NCBI GenBank assembly: GCA_040289515.1
Contig: PSLI01000034.1
Coordinates: forward strand, 1 to 23,667
Length of the DNA: 23,667 nt
Direction: 5' to 3'
Source: Candidatus Sysuimicrobiota bacterium
Lineage (GTDB): Bacteria; Sysuimicrobiota; Sysuimicrobiia; Sysuimicrobiales; Sysuimicrobiaceae
Made by a program: the position numbers and the translations under genes. Under the pieces are notes generated by a model. It ran no database searches and had not been told where the DNA came from. It saw only the letters and a program-made list of their open reading frames with translations. Shown here piece after piece: positions 1-9,931 of the stretch (positions within the stretch are counted from its first letter, which is position 1; the number at the start of each line of letters is the position of its first letter).

Positions 1-152
1 TGGCGCCCGTCGGTGAGCCGCACCTGCCAGGCTTGCACCACCCCGCGGGTTGCGTCCAGGTCCACCCGCTGACTGGTGAGCACCAAGGGTGCTGCGGCGG
101 CCGCGCCCCAAAGGACCGCCGCGGCCGCCGCGACCGCCAACCTGCCGCGCAC
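1..152 (-). CDS. N-terminal part of a secreted protein, possibly OstA/LptA-like beta-jellyroll (runs off the window)
   Basis: Manual translation from GTG at 152, just after the ALDH stop: MRGRLAVAAAAAVLWGAAAAAPLVLTSQRVDLDATRGVVQAWQVRLTDGR. Basic N-terminus plus Ala-rich hydrophobic signal peptide, then an alternating beta-strand pattern reminiscent of OstA/LptA. Not in the ORF track. Confidence 0.5.
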   Translation of the reverse strand, partial: MRGRLAVAAAAAVLWGAAAAAPLVLTSQRVDLDATRGVVQAWQVRLTDGR

Positions 153-154
153 GC

Positions 155-1648
155 CTACCCCAGACCCACGGGCGGCAGGTCGATCTGGGCCCGCTGCAGC
201 CGGCCGCTGTAGTCGATGTACACGGACTTCCACTCCGTGAACACGTCCAGCACCTGCAGGCCGCCCTCCCGGTGCCCGTTGCCGGTGAACTTGGTGCCCC
301 CGAAGGGCAGGTGCACCTCCGCCCCGATGGTGCCGTGGTTCACGTACACGATGCCCGTGTGGATGTCCTCCACCGCCCGCATGGCCTTGTTGACATCCCG
401 GGTGAAGATGGAGGCAGACAGCCCGTACCGCACCCCGTTCACCACCTCCACCGCCTCCTCCAGGCTCTCCACCCGGATGAGGTCGGTTACCGGGCCGAAG
501 ATCTCTTCCTGCGCGATGCGCATGCGGGGGTCCACCCGGTCGAACACGGTGGGCTGGAAGAAGAAGCCGCGCTCCAGCCCGTTCCCGGTAGCCCGCTCCC
601 CGCCCACCAGCACCACCGCGCCCTCCTCGCGGCCGATGCGCACGTAGCGCTGCACCCGCTCCAGCTGTGCCTCGCTCACCAGGGGCCCCATGTCCGTCTG
701 GGGATCCAGGCCGTGGCCCAGCCGCAGGCGGCGGGCCCGGTCCACCAGAAGGTCCGCCACGTCCCCGTGCACCTTCGGATGGACCAGGACCCGGCTGCAG
801 GCGGTGCACCGCTGCCCGGTGGTCCCGAAAGCGCTCCACGTAAGGGCATCCGCCACCAGGTCCAGGTCCGCATCGTCCATCACGATGGCGGCGTTCTTGC
901 CGCCCATCTCCAGGGACACCCGCTTGCCCCGGGCCGCGCACTTCTCGGCCACCCGGAGCCCGACCTCCGTGGAGCCGGTAAAGGAGATGAGTGCCACGTC
1001 CGGGTGTTCCACCAGGGCCGCGCCCACCTCGTCCCCGCCCAGCACCAGGTTCAGCACCCCGGGGGGTAGGCCGGCCTCCTCCAGGATCTCCACGAACCTC
1101 ACCGCACAGAGGGGGACTTCGGGAGCGGGCTTGAACACCACGGTGTTGCCGCACACCAGGGCCGGCACGATCTTCCACGAGGGGATGGCCAGGGGGAAGT
1201 TCCAGGGGGTGATGACCCCCACCACCCCCACGGGCTGCCGCACGCAGTACGCCACCTTGTGGGGCATCTCGCTGGGGGTGGTATACCCGTGCAGGCGGCG
1301 GCCCTCTCCCGCGATGAAGTACGTCATGTCGATGGCCTCCTGGACGTCGCCCCGGGACTCCAGGAGGATCTTCCCCATCTCCCGGGTCATGAGCTGGGCC
1401 AACTCCTCCTTGCGGCGCACCAGCAGCTCGGCGGCCCGGAACAGCACCTCCGCGCGCCGCGGAGCCGGCACCTTGCGCCACTTGGGGTACGCCTCCCTGG
1501 CGGCGGCCACCGCGTCCGCCACGTCCTCGATGCCCGATCGGGCGCACACCCCCAGCACCTCACCGGTGGCGGGGTCCACGGACTCGAACACCGCACCCGA
1601 CCGGGCAGGTTGCCAGCGCCCGCCGATGTAGTTGAGGTAGGTGCCCAC
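155..1648 (-). CDS. NAD(P)-dependent aldehyde dehydrogenase (about 497 aa)
   Basis: Motifs NYIGGRW, ITPWNFP, FKPA, SFTGSTEVG, LEMGGKN, catalytic GQRCTA, EEIFGPV, PFGG. Start reassigned to GTG 1648 (or 1651) behind a GGGAG RBS; the rest of the 880-aa ORF overlaps mrp. Confidence 0.95.
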   Translation of the reverse strand: MGTYLNYIGGRWQPARSGAVFESVDPATGEVLGVCARSGIEDVADAVAAAREAYPKWRKVPAPRRAEVLFRAAELLVRRKEELAQLMTREMGKILLESRGDVQEAIDMTYFIAGEGRRLHGYTTPSEMPHKVAYCVRQPVGVVGVITPWNFPLAIPSWKIVPALVCGNTVVFKPAPEVPLCAVRFVEILEEAGLPPGVLNLVLGGDEVGAALVEHPDVALISFTGSTEVGLRVAEKCAARGKRVSLEMGGKNAAIVMDDADLDLVADALTWSAFGTTGQRCTACSRVLVHPKVHGDVADLLVDRARRLRLGHGLDPQTDMGPLVSEAQLERVQRYVRIGREEGAVVLVGGERATGNGLERGFFFQPTVFDRVDPRMRIAQEEIFGPVTDLIRVESLEEAVEVVNGVRYGLSASIFTRDVNKAMRAVEDIHTGIVYVNHGTIGAEVHLPFGGTKFTGNGHREGGLQVLDVFTEWKSVYIDYSGRLQRAQIDLPPVGLG

Positions 1649-1671
1649 CACAGCGCTCCCCCAAACTTTCT

Positions 1672-2757
1672 TTACGACACGCGGGCACCCCGCAGGTGCC
1701 GGGCCGCCTCCCGGAAAGCGCGGGCACCCGGGCTGTCGGGGTAGCGTACCACCACGGGCTCGCCTGCGTCCCCCGCCTCGCAGATGCGGGGATCCAGAGG
1801 AATCCGGGCCAGCAGGGGCACCCGCAGGCGATCCGCCAGGGCCTGGCCGCCGCCCTGTCCGAATACCGGTAGCGGTGTGGGCCCGTCCAGATAGCTCATG
1901 TTCTCGATGACACCTGCCACCTTCAGGTTCACCTTGTCCGCCATCCGCGCAGCCCGGGCCGCAACTTCCACCGCGGCCTGCTGCGGGGTGGTGACCACCA
2001 GCATCTGCGCCCTGGGCAGCTGCTGCGCCACCGTGATGGACACGTCCCCCGTGCCGGGCGGCAGGTCCAGCAGCAGGGTGTCCACGTCGCCCCAGTGCAC
2101 CTCCGTGATGAAGGTCACCAGGGCTTTGTGCAGCAGGGGGCCCCGCCAGATCACCGCCTCGTCTCGATCCACCAGCATCCCCATGGACACCGCCCGCACG
2201 CCCCACCGTTCCAAGGGGATGATCATCTGGTCGATGACCGTAGGCCGGCCCTCGATCCCCAGCATGCGGGGGATGGAGAACCCGTACACGTCCGCGTCCA
2301 GGACGCCCACGCGGCTTCCCTCCTGGGCCAAGGCCACCGCCAGGTTGGCGGTCACCGTGGACTTGCCCACCCCGCCCTTGCCGCTGGCCACCGCCAGCAC
2401 CCAGACCGCGCTGTGGGGGCCGAGGAAGGGCGACGGCCTTCCCCCTTCCTCCCCGCGCAGCTTTGCCACCAGCGCCTGCCGCTGCTCGGGGCTCATCACC
2501 CCCAGCGTCACGTCCACCGACCGCACTCCCGGCAGCCGCGCCACGCGGTCGCGGATGGACTGCACGATCACCTCCCGCAGAGGACAACCCCCGATGGTGA
2601 GCATCGCTTCCACCCGCACGTGGCCGTCCTCCACCCGCACGTCCCGGACCATGTCCAGGTCCACGATGGACCGCCGCAGCTCGGGGTCCTCCACGTCCCG
2701 CAGGGCCTCTAGCACCTGCTCCCGAGTCAGCTCGGGCTGTCGCTCTGCGAACCGCAT
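1672..2757 (-). CDS. mrp: Mrp/ApbC/NBP35 P-loop ATPase (Fe-S cluster carrier family) with N-terminal DUF59-like domain
   Basis: VEDPELRRSIVDLDMV and LTIGGCPL (DUF59-like), deviant Walker A SGKGGVGKST, DADVYGFSIP, WRGP, DLPPGTGD, VVTTPQ, ENMS. GGAGGAGG RBS. Confidence 0.93.
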   Translation of the reverse strand: MRFAERQPELTREQVLEALRDVEDPELRRSIVDLDMVRDVRVEDGHVRVEAMLTIGGCPLREVIVQSIRDRVARLPGVRSVDVTLGVMSPEQRQALVAKLRGEEGGRPSPFLGPHSAVWVLAVASGKGGVGKSTVTANLAVALAQEGSRVGVLDADVYGFSIPRMLGIEGRPTVIDQMIIPLERWGVRAVSMGMLVDRDEAVIWRGPLLHKALVTFITEVHWGDVDTLLLDLPPGTGDVSITVAQQLPRAQMLVVTTPQQAAVEVAARAARMADKVNLKVAGVIENMSYLDGPTPLPVFGQGGGQALADRLRVPLLARIPLDPRICEAGDAGEPVVVRYPDSPGARAFREAARHLRGARVS

Positions 2758-2787
2758 GGCGCCTCCTCCGGGCCCTCCCTGCCTCCC

Positions 2788-2796
2788 ATGCTACCA
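2788..2796 (-). promoter_or_regulatory. Putative extended -10 promoter (TG-G-TAGCAT) for mrp and the ALDH gene
   Basis: TGGTAGCAT on the minus strand about 30 nt upstream of the mrp ATG in the 47-nt gap; no good -35 seen. Confidence 0.45.
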
Positions 2797-2804
2797 CTCA
2801 TCGC

Positions 2805-4406
2805 CTATGCGGGCCGCCGGACCAGCAGCCCCTCGTGCGGACGCAACTGGATGTTTGTTTCTTCCCCCTCGCGGTCCAGGTGGGTGGACAGCAGCACCTT
2901 CGCGGCGCCAGGGATTCGCACGGGTTCGGCGGTGAAGTTCAGGAGCACCTCCACCCGGTCGCCGCCCACCTCACGGGTGTAGCTCAGCACGCCGGGCGGT
3001 GCGTGCTGCAGCTGCAGGCTCCCGCCGATCAAGGCAGGGATCTCGCGGCGCAGGTGCAGCAGGCGACGCACCATGTTCAAAAACGAGCGCGGCTCTTCCC
3101 GCTGGACCTGAACGTTTCGGCGGGCGTAGTCGGCGGGGGTGGGAAGCCAGGGCTGTGCGGTGCTGAAGCCCGCGTGGGCCGTAGCGTCCCACGGCATGGG
3201 GGTTCGCACGGCGTCGCGGGACCACCGCCCGCCCCACTCTCGGAAGCCCGGCACGTCCAGCACCCGTTCAGGGGCGACCGGCTGGTCCCTGAGGCCCAGC
3301 TCGTCCCCGTAATACAAGGTAGGCGTGCCCCGCAGGGTGAGCAGCAGGAAGTGCGCAAGCCGCGCGCGATCCTCCCCCAGCCGCGTGGCCACCCTGGGCC
3401 GGTCGTGGTTGCCCAGCACCCAGTTGGGCCACGCCCACGGGGGCAGGGCAGCCTCATACGCCTGCACGGTGCCGCGCAGGTCCTCCGCGGTCCACCGCTC
3501 CGCGGGGAGCTCCACCAGCATGAAGTTGAAGGGCAGGTGGCAGGCCGGTGCCTGCGGGCTGCCGTAGTACTGCACCAGGCGATCACAGGGCAGGTACACC
3601 TCACCCACCAGCACCGCGTCCCGGTCGTGGTAATCCTCCAGCGCCCGCCGCAGGCGGCGCAGCACCTCGTGGGTCCCCGGCTGGTCCTCGGTGAACAAGT
3701 GCACCAGGCGGTCCCGCTCCCGCATGCCCGGCCGCCAGTCGGGATTCGGCGGCTCGTCGCGGAACTGGTCGTCCTCCACCAGCAGCCACGCCGCGTCCAG
3801 CCGGAACCCGTCCACCCCTCGGTCCAGCCAGAACCGCATGACCCGCACCATGGCGTCCAGCACCTCGGGGTTGCGGTAGTTCAGGTCCGGCTGCTCGGGC
3901 AGGAACTGGTGCAGGTAGTACTGTCCCGTTTGCGGGTCGAAGGTCCACGCGGGCCCGCCAAAGAAGCTGATCCAGTTGTTGGGCGGGCCGCCGGCGGGGT
4001 GGGGGTCGCGCCATACGTACCAGTCCCTCCGCCGGCTGGTGCGGCTGGACCGGGCCTCCTGGAACCAGGGGTGTTCGCTGGAGGTGTGGTTGGCCACCAG
4101 GTCCACCACCACCCGCAGCCCGCGCCGGTGTGCTTCCGCCACCAGCCGGTCGAAGTCCGCAAGGGTCCCCAGGGCGGGGTCCACGTCGCAGTAGTCCGAA
4201 ACATCGTAGCCGAAGTCCCGCTGCGGCGAGGGGTAGAAGGGAGTGAGCCACACCGCCCCCACACCCAAATCCGCCAGGTAGTCCAGGCGCCTCACCACGC
4301 CCGGCAGGTCCCCCACCCCGTCCCCGTTGGTGTCCTGGAAGGACCGCACGTACACCTCGTAGAAGGCCTCCGCCTGCCACCACCGCAGCCCATCCTTACC
4401 CCGCAC
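2805..4406 (-). CDS. GH13 alpha-glucosidase / oligo-1,6-glucosidase-like protein (533 aa)
   Basis: WWQ..FYEVYVRSFQDTNGDGVGDL, DFGYDVSDY, DLVANHTS, YYLHQFLPEQPDLN, GVDGFRLDA (nucleophile), LVGEVY, LGNHD. AGGAGG RBS before GTG 4406. Confidence 0.92.
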   Translation of the reverse strand: MRGKDGLRWWQAEAFYEVYVRSFQDTNGDGVGDLPGVVRRLDYLADLGVGAVWLTPFYPSPQRDFGYDVSDYCDVDPALGTLADFDRLVAEAHRRGLRVVVDLVANHTSSEHPWFQEARSSRTSRRRDWYVWRDPHPAGGPPNNWISFFGGPAWTFDPQTGQYYLHQFLPEQPDLNYRNPEVLDAMVRVMRFWLDRGVDGFRLDAAWLLVEDDQFRDEPPNPDWRPGMRERDRLVHLFTEDQPGTHEVLRRLRRALEDYHDRDAVLVGEVYLPCDRLVQYYGSPQAPACHLPFNFMLVELPAERWTAEDLRGTVQAYEAALPPWAWPNWVLGNHDRPRVATRLGEDRARLAHFLLLTLRGTPTLYYGDELGLRDQPVAPERVLDVPGFREWGGRWSRDAVRTPMPWDATAHAGFSTAQPWLPTPADYARRNVQVQREEPRSFLNMVRRLLHLRREIPALIGGSLQLQHAPPGVLSYTREVGGDRVEVLLNFTAEPVRIPGAAKVLLSTHLDREGEETNIQLRPHEGLLVRRPA

Positions 4407-4416
4407 CGGGCCCCTC

Positions 4417-6528
4417 CTACGGGCCCGCAGCCCGCCACACGGTCAGGCTGCGCGCCGGTGCGATCCACCCGCTGCCCGCGGGCAGGGGCCCCAGCCTGCG
4501 GCGAGGTTCCGCGGTCCCCCACACCCACTCCCACGTCCACGCCACGGGCGCCCGCGGGAGCACGAACCGCACCGCCCGCCCGCTGTTGAACACCGCCAGG
4601 AAGGTGTCGTCGGTCACGAGCTGTCCCCGCTCGTCCCGCTCGGAAAAAGCCCTCCCGCACAGGACCATCCCCACGGCCTTCCGCTGCCGGTCCTGCCAGT
4701 CCTCCGGCGTCATCTCGCGCCCGGCGGGGTGGAACCACGTCACGGCCCGGCACGGGCCGACCTCCTGGCCCACGGGGAAGTCACGGCGGCGGAAGTTGCG
4801 GTGCGCCCGCCGGAAGTGCACCACCTGCCGCATGAACTCGCAGAAGGCGCGCTGATCCGGATCGAGGGCCCACACGTACCACGACACCTCGTTGTCCTGG
4901 CAGTACGCGTTGTTGTTCCCGCCCTGGGTCCGGGACAGCTCGTCGCCCCCCAGCAGCATGGGCACGCCCTGGGACAGCATCAGGGTGGCCACCAGGGCCC
5001 GCTTCAGCCGCTCCCGGCTCGCCCGCACCTCGGGGTCCTCCGTGGGCCCCTCCACCCCGCAGTTGGTGCTGTAGTTCTCCTCGGCCCCGTCCCGGTTGTC
5101 CTCCCCGTTGGCCTCGTTGTGCTTGCGGGCGTAGCTCACCAGGTCCTGCAAGGTAAAGCCGTCGTGGGCGGTGACGTAGTTCACCGAGGCAAACGGAGGC
5201 CGGCCCGAGCGCCCGTACAGATCCGCGCTGCCCGTCAGCCGGGTAGCAAACTCCGCCAGGGTTCCGGGGTCCCCCCGCCAGTACCGCCGCACCGCGTCCC
5301 GGTAGCGGCCGTTCCACTCCGCCCACAGCCGCGGGAAGTTGCCGAGCTGGTAACCACCCGGCCCCACGTCCCACGGCTCCGCGATGAGCTTCACGCATTT
5401 CAGTACGGGGTCCTGCTGGATTGCCCTGAAGAAGGCGCTCTGCATGTTCACGTCGTGCAGCTCCCGCGCCAGGGCCGCTGCCAGATCGAAGCGGAAGCCG
5501 TCCACGTGCATCTCCACCACCCAGTACCGCAGGCTGTCCAGGATCAGCTGCAGCACGTAAGGGTTGCCCGGGTTCAGGGTGTTGCCCGTACCCGTGTAGT
5601 CCGCGTAGTAGCGAGGGTTGTCCGGGGCCAGCTTGTAGTAGCGGGCGTTGTCGATGCCGCGGAAGCTGAGGGTCGGCCCCAGATGGTTGCCCTCCCCCGT
5701 GTGGTTGTACACCACGTCCAAAATGACCTCGAACCCCGCCGCGTGCAGGGCCCGCACCATCTGCTTGAACTCCCGCACGGCCGCCACCCCGTCGCCGCGG
5801 GCGTAATCGGGCTCGGGGGCGAAGTAGGCCAGAGGGTTGTAGCCCCAGTAGTTGGTGAGGCCGCGCTCCACCAGGATCCGGTCGTCCACGTGGGCGTGCA
5901 CGGGCAGGAGCTGGATCGTGGTGATTCCCAAAGACCGCAGGTGCTCCAGCACGGGTTCGCATGCCAGCCCCAGGTACGTGCCCCGAAGGGGCTCCGGCAC
6001 CTCCGGGTGCAGGCGGGTGATCCCCTTCACGTGCGTCTCGTAGAGGATCGTGTCCTCCCACGGGGTCTGCGGCGGACGGTCGTCGCCCCACGGGAAGGCG
6101 TCCTCCACCACCGCACCCAGGGGCGCGTACGGTGCGCTGTCCCGGTCGTCCCGGGATCGGTCCTGCTCGGGGTCGCCCAAGCGGTAGCCGTACAGACTGT
6201 CGTGCCAACGCAGCTGTCGGCCGATGGCCTTCGCGTAGGGATCCAGCAGCAGCTTGCGGGGGTTGAACCGGTGCCCGCGGGCGGGCTCGTAAGGACCGTG
6301 GACCCGGTACCCGTACAGCTGCCCCGGCCCCACGCCCGGCAAATAGCAGTGCCACACCGGACCCGTCTGCTCCCGCAGCTCCACCACCCGCGCCGGGGCA
6401 GGGGCCTCGGCCCGGTCGAACAGGCACAGCTCGACCGCCTCCGCGTGCTCGCTGTACAAAGCGAAGTTGGTTCCCAGCCCGTCCCACGTGGCTCCCAGGG
6501 GGTAGGGCCGGCCCCGCCACACGCTCAC
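4417..6528 (-). CDS. glgX: Glycogen debranching enzyme (isoamylase) GlgX (about 703 aa)
   Basis: [72 protein letters not shown] start overlaps the glgB stop (GTGA at 6528-6525). Confidence 0.96.
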   Translation of the reverse strand: MSVWRGRPYPLGATWDGLGTNFALYSEHAEAVELCLFDRAEAPAPARVVELREQTGPVWHCYLPGVGPGQLYGYRVHGPYEPARGHRFNPRKLLLDPYAKAIGRQLRWHDSLYGYRLGDPEQDRSRDDRDSAPYAPLGAVVEDAFPWGDDRPPQTPWEDTILYETHVKGITRLHPEVPEPLRGTYLGLACEPVLEHLRSLGITTIQLLPVHAHVDDRILVERGLTNYWGYNPLAYFAPEPDYARGDGVAAVREFKQMVRALHAAGFEVILDVVYNHTGEGNHLGPTLSFRGIDNARYYKLAPDNPRYYADYTGTGNTLNPGNPYVLQLILDSLRYWVVEMHVDGFRFDLAAALARELHDVNMQSAFFRAIQQDPVLKCVKLIAEPWDVGPGGYQLGNFPRLWAEWNGRYRDAVRRYWRGDPGTLAEFATRLTGSADLYGRSGRPPFASVNYVTAHDGFTLQDLVSYARKHNEANGEDNRDGAEENYSTNCGVEGPTEDPEVRASRERLKRALVATLMLSQGVPMLLGGDELSRTQGGNNNAYCQDNEVSWYVWALDPDQRAFCEFMRQVVHFRRAHRNFRRRDFPVGQEVGPCRAVTWFHPAGREMTPEDWQDRQRKAVGMVLCGRAFSERDERGQLVTDDTFLAVFNSGRAVRFVLPRAPVAWTWEWVWGTAEPRRRLGPLPAGSGWIAPARSLTVWRAAGP

Positions 6529-8402
6529 CGGTTCCCCTCCCAGCGCAAAAACACCACGCCCAGAGGCGGCAGGACGAGCCGGAGGGAGTACGGGCGGCCG
6601 TGCTGGGGCGCCTCCTCCGCTGTTACACCTTCCAGGTTGCCCCACCCGCTTCCCCCGTACTCCCGCGCGTCACTGTTCAGCAGCTCCGTCCACCGCCCCG
6701 GGTGGGGCACACCGATGCGGTAGTCCGTCCGCGGGACGGGGGTGAAGTTGCACACCACCGCCACCGTCTCTCCCCGCCGCCCCTTCCGGAGGAAGCTCAG
6801 CACGCTGTGCAGATGGTCGTCGGGGTCAACCCACTCGAAGCCCGCAGGGTCGCAGTCCAGCTGGTGCAGGGCGGGCTCTGTGCGGTAGGCGCGGTTCAGG
6901 TCCTCCACCCATCGCTGTACCCCCCGGTGAAGCGGGTCCTGCAGCACCTCCCACGCCAGCGCCGTCTGGTGGCTCCACTCTTCCGCCTGTCCCCCCTCGC
7001 CGCCCATGAACAGCAACTTTTTGCCGGGCTGCGCTATCTGGTAGCCCAGCAGCAGCCGTAGGTGAGCTGCCTTCTGCCACGGGTCCCCCGGCATCTTCCC
7101 CCACAGGGAACCCTTGCCGTGCACCACCTCGTCGTGGGACAGGGCCAGGACGAAGTTCTCCGAGAAGGCGTATAGCATTCGGAAGGTGAGCTCTTGGTGG
7201 TGCCAATGGCGGTGCACGGGATCCCGCCGGAAGTACTGCAGGGTGTCGTGCATCCAGCCCATGTCCCACTTCAAGCCGAACCCGAGTCCGCCCACGGAGG
7301 TGGGGCGCGACACCAGGGGCCACGCGGTGGACTCCTCCGCGATGGTCTGCACGTCCGGGAAGCGCGCGTACACCTCTTCGTTGAGCCGCCGCAGAAAGCG
7401 AACCGCATCCAGGTTCTCCCGGCCGCCGTACTCGTTGGGCAGCCAATCCCCTTCCCGGCGCGAGTAGTCCAGGTACAGCATGGAGGCCACCGCGTCCACC
7501 CGCAGCCCGTCCGCGTGGTAGCGCTCCAGCCAGAAGAGGGCGCTGCTCAGCAGAAAGCTGCGCACCTCCGGCCGCCCGTAGTCGAAGATGGCACTGCCCC
7601 AGTCCGGATGCCAGCCCCGCCGGGGGTCGGGATGCTCGTACAGGGCGTCCCCGTCGAAACGCGCGAGGCCGTGCGGGTCGGTGGCGAAGTGGGAGGGGAC
7701 CCAGTCCAGGACGACCCCCACCTCGTGCTGGTGGAGCACGTCCACGAGCTCCATGAACTCCTGGGGTGGGCCGTAGCGCGCGGTGGGCGCGAAGTAGCCG
7801 GTGACCTGGTAACCCCACGAGCCGTCGAAGGGGTGCTCCATCACCGGCAGGAACTCCACGTGGGTGAAGCCCATGTGGTGCACGTACTCGGCCAGAAGCG
7901 GTGCCAGCTCGGCGTACGAAAGCCACCGCCCGTCCGGTCTGCGGCGCCAGGAGCCCAGGTGAACCTCGTAGATGCTCATGGGAGCATCCAGGGCGTTGCG
8001 CTTTTCCCGCTGCGCCATCCAGGGGCCGTCGCACCATTCGTAGTCCAGCTCCCACACCACGGAGGCGTTCCCCGGAGGCCCCTCTGCCCGGAAAGCGAAG
8101 GGATCCGCCTTGTCGAAGGCGTCCCCGGAGGGTCCCACGATGCGGTACTTGTACCGGTGGCCTACCTCGGCCTCGGGCACCTCCCCCTCCCACACCCCAC
8201 CCTCGTCCAGCCGCCGGAGGGGGTGGCGCCGCGGGTCCCACCCGTTGAAGTCGCCCACCACGGACACCGCTGGAGCCCGGGGGGCCCACACCGCGAACCG
8301 GAAACCCCGGTCGGTCCGGTGAGCCCCCAGCTTGTCGTACAGGCGCAGGTGGCTACCCTCCCTCAGCAGGTAGGTGTCGTACGACGTCCAGCCCTCCGAC
8401 AA
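6525..8402 (-). CDS. glgB: 1,4-alpha-glucan branching enzyme GlgB (short N-terminus, about 625 aa)
   Basis: [62 protein letters not shown]. Start placed at TTG 8402, 8 nt after GGAG; start is approximate. Confidence 0.95.
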   Translation of the reverse strand: MSEGWTSYDTYLLREGSHLRLYDKLGAHRTDRGFRFAVWAPRAPAVSVVGDFNGWDPRRHPLRRLDEGGVWEGEVPEAEVGHRYKYRIVGPSGDAFDKADPFAFRAEGPPGNASVVWELDYEWCDGPWMAQREKRNALDAPMSIYEVHLGSWRRRPDGRWLSYAELAPLLAEYVHHMGFTHVEFLPVMEHPFDGSWGYQVTGYFAPTARYGPPQEFMELVDVLHQHEVGVVLDWVPSHFATDPHGLARFDGDALYEHPDPRRGWHPDWGSAIFDYGRPEVRSFLLSSALFWLERYHADGLRVDAVASMLYLDYSRREGDWLPNEYGGRENLDAVRFLRRLNEEVYARFPDVQTIAEESTAWPLVSRPTSVGGLGFGLKWDMGWMHDTLQYFRRDPVHRHWHHQELTFRMLYAFSENFVLALSHDEVVHGKGSLWGKMPGDPWQKAAHLRLLLGYQIAQPGKKLLFMGGEGGQAEEWSHQTALAWEVLQDPLHRGVQRWVEDLNRAYRTEPALHQLDCDPAGFEWVDPDDHLHSVLSFLRKGRRGETVAVVCNFTPVPRTDYRIGVPHPGRWTELLNSDAREYGGSGWGNLEGVTAEEAPQHGRPYSLRLVLPPLGVVFLRWEGNR

Positions 8403-8424
8403 CCCTACAACTCCGTTCTGCGGG

Positions 8425-9187
8425 TCATTCCGGGGCACGGCCGGGGCCGCGAGATGACGCCCGCGCTCGCTGGACCTCCTCCAGCACCTGCCGAACGTCC
8501 TGTGATACGAAGATCCCGGCAAGCGGGTATTCCATGCGCCTGCGCCAGTTGGGGTGCTGGGATCCCGCGGCTGATCGGCCGGTACGGGCTTGGGTCGTGC
8601 GGGAACACGGGCAGAAGGGGAAGGGTGCTCAGCAACTCCCCGCCGTGGGCCGCAACCCAGCCCGCCAGCTCCGCCAGATCTGCGAAGTCGCCCACGGGTT
8701 GGTCCGGATGCGACCACAGGGCGTACACGGGCGCGAACACGCCCCAGCCTCCACGTCCCGCGGACAGACGCGAGGGCGCGGACAGGACCACGCAACCGTG
8801 GGATTCCCCTTCCAACTCCACACGCGCCTCGTGCACGCCGAAGGGCAAGGTCTGGGGGATCGACAGCAGCTGTACCCCTCCGCCGCGAGGCACGAGGGGC
8901 AGGCGCCACCATGCGGCTTCCTGCCCGTCTTCTGAGCGAACCCAGCACCCCGCGTGCTGGCAGTTGGTGCGCACGCGGAGTCGCAGCCGGCCGCCCCACG
9001 CCACGGCCACGGGTTCCACAGGAGGCGGGGGAGCGGCGGGATCCACGTCGAGCGCTTCCAGCACCGCCCGCACGGCCTCCGGGCTCGCAGGGCGCAGGGA
9101 TCCCGCCACGTCCCAGTAGGCCAGCTGGATCCCTAGCCGGGCTGCCGCCGTACGCAGATACCGATCCGTGGCGCTGTTGGCCGGCAC
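8425..9187 (-). pseudogene. malQ: 4-alpha-glucanotransferase (amylomaltase, GH77 long form) with large out-of-frame internal deletion
   Basis: N-terminal fragment ([12 protein letters not shown]...[10 protein letters not shown]...GDFADL...LPLLP...PSPYRPISR) to about 8567, joined directly in another frame to a C-terminal fragment [35 protein letters not shown]...stop at 8425. The catalytic core is absent. Start approximate. Confidence 0.88.
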
Positions 9188-9233
9188 GCCAGCTCGAATG
9201 CCATCCCCCTCAGGGCGCGGCCTCAGGAGCGGG

Positions 9234-9929
9234 CTAGACGGTAGAGCCCCTCCCGCGGCGGCGCCGCTTGCGGCGGCGTCGCCGGGTGCTATCGGGTGCT
9301 GAAAGCGCAGGAGGCGACAGGGCGGGGCTCGGTGCTTCCGCCGGGGCCGGCTGCAAAACCTCCCCGGCCTGCACCTCCTTCGCACCTGGCCGCACCTTCA
9401 TCAGGCGCACCTCCTCTGCAACCAGCTCCCGCTCCGCGCTCCACTTCATGCGGTCCAGGGTGCGCTCCGCCTCCTGCGCCGCTACCTGGTGGGCGGAAGT
9501 CACGTCCAGCACCGGGATGCCCGGGTCCAGTTCCACCGTGTAGCGGGCGCGCGTCCCCTCGTCCGTGGTCTCCACCTCGAACTGCGCCGCGTAGTGCAGC
9601 AGCGTCCCGTACGCCTGCCGCCAGCGGACGGCCCGGCCCGGCTCCAGCTCGGCCCGCACCACGGACTCCGCCGGCAACCCCGCCACGAAGCCCCTCAGGC
9701 GCAGGGTCCACCTGGACCCGCGTTTTTCCAGGGTGTCCGCCCGCATCCACAGGTCGGACCACCGGGGCAGGTGCTCCAGGCGACTGGCCATCCCGTACAC
9801 GACGGTCGGGGGAACCCGGAACAGCCGCTGCGCGGTGGCCCGCGCGCCCTTGGGAACCTCCAGGGTTACAGCCACGGGCGCTGCTCCCGACGAGCGCAGC
9901 GGGCGATGCCTGCGGCGGGAGCTGTCCAT
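9234..9929 (-). CDS. SRPBCC/START (polyketide cyclase/Coq10-like) family protein with Pro/Ala linker and Arg-rich C-terminal tail (about 231 aa)
   Basis: FRVPPTVVYGMASRLEHLPRW...PGRAVRWRQAYG...FEVETTDEGTRARYTVELDPG plus C-terminal helix AERTLDRMKWSAE. ATG 2 nt after the metE stop. Confidence 0.78.
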   Translation of the reverse strand: MDSSRRRHRPLRSSGAAPVAVTLEVPKGARATAQRLFRVPPTVVYGMASRLEHLPRWSDLWMRADTLEKRGSRWTLRLRGFVAGLPAESVVRAELEPGRAVRWRQAYGTLLHYAAQFEVETTDEGTRARYTVELDPGIPVLDVTSAHQVAAQEAERTLDRMKWSAERELVAEEVRLMKVRPGAKEVQAGEVLQPAPAEAPSPALSPPALSAPDSTRRRRRKRRRRGRGSTV

Positions 9930-9931
9930 GG

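Noticed and set aside
1649..2797. Apparent N-terminal extension making an 880-aa ALDH
   Set aside because: Low-complexity G/A/R/P translation of an alternative frame of mrp; the ALDH has its own RBS and start near 1648.
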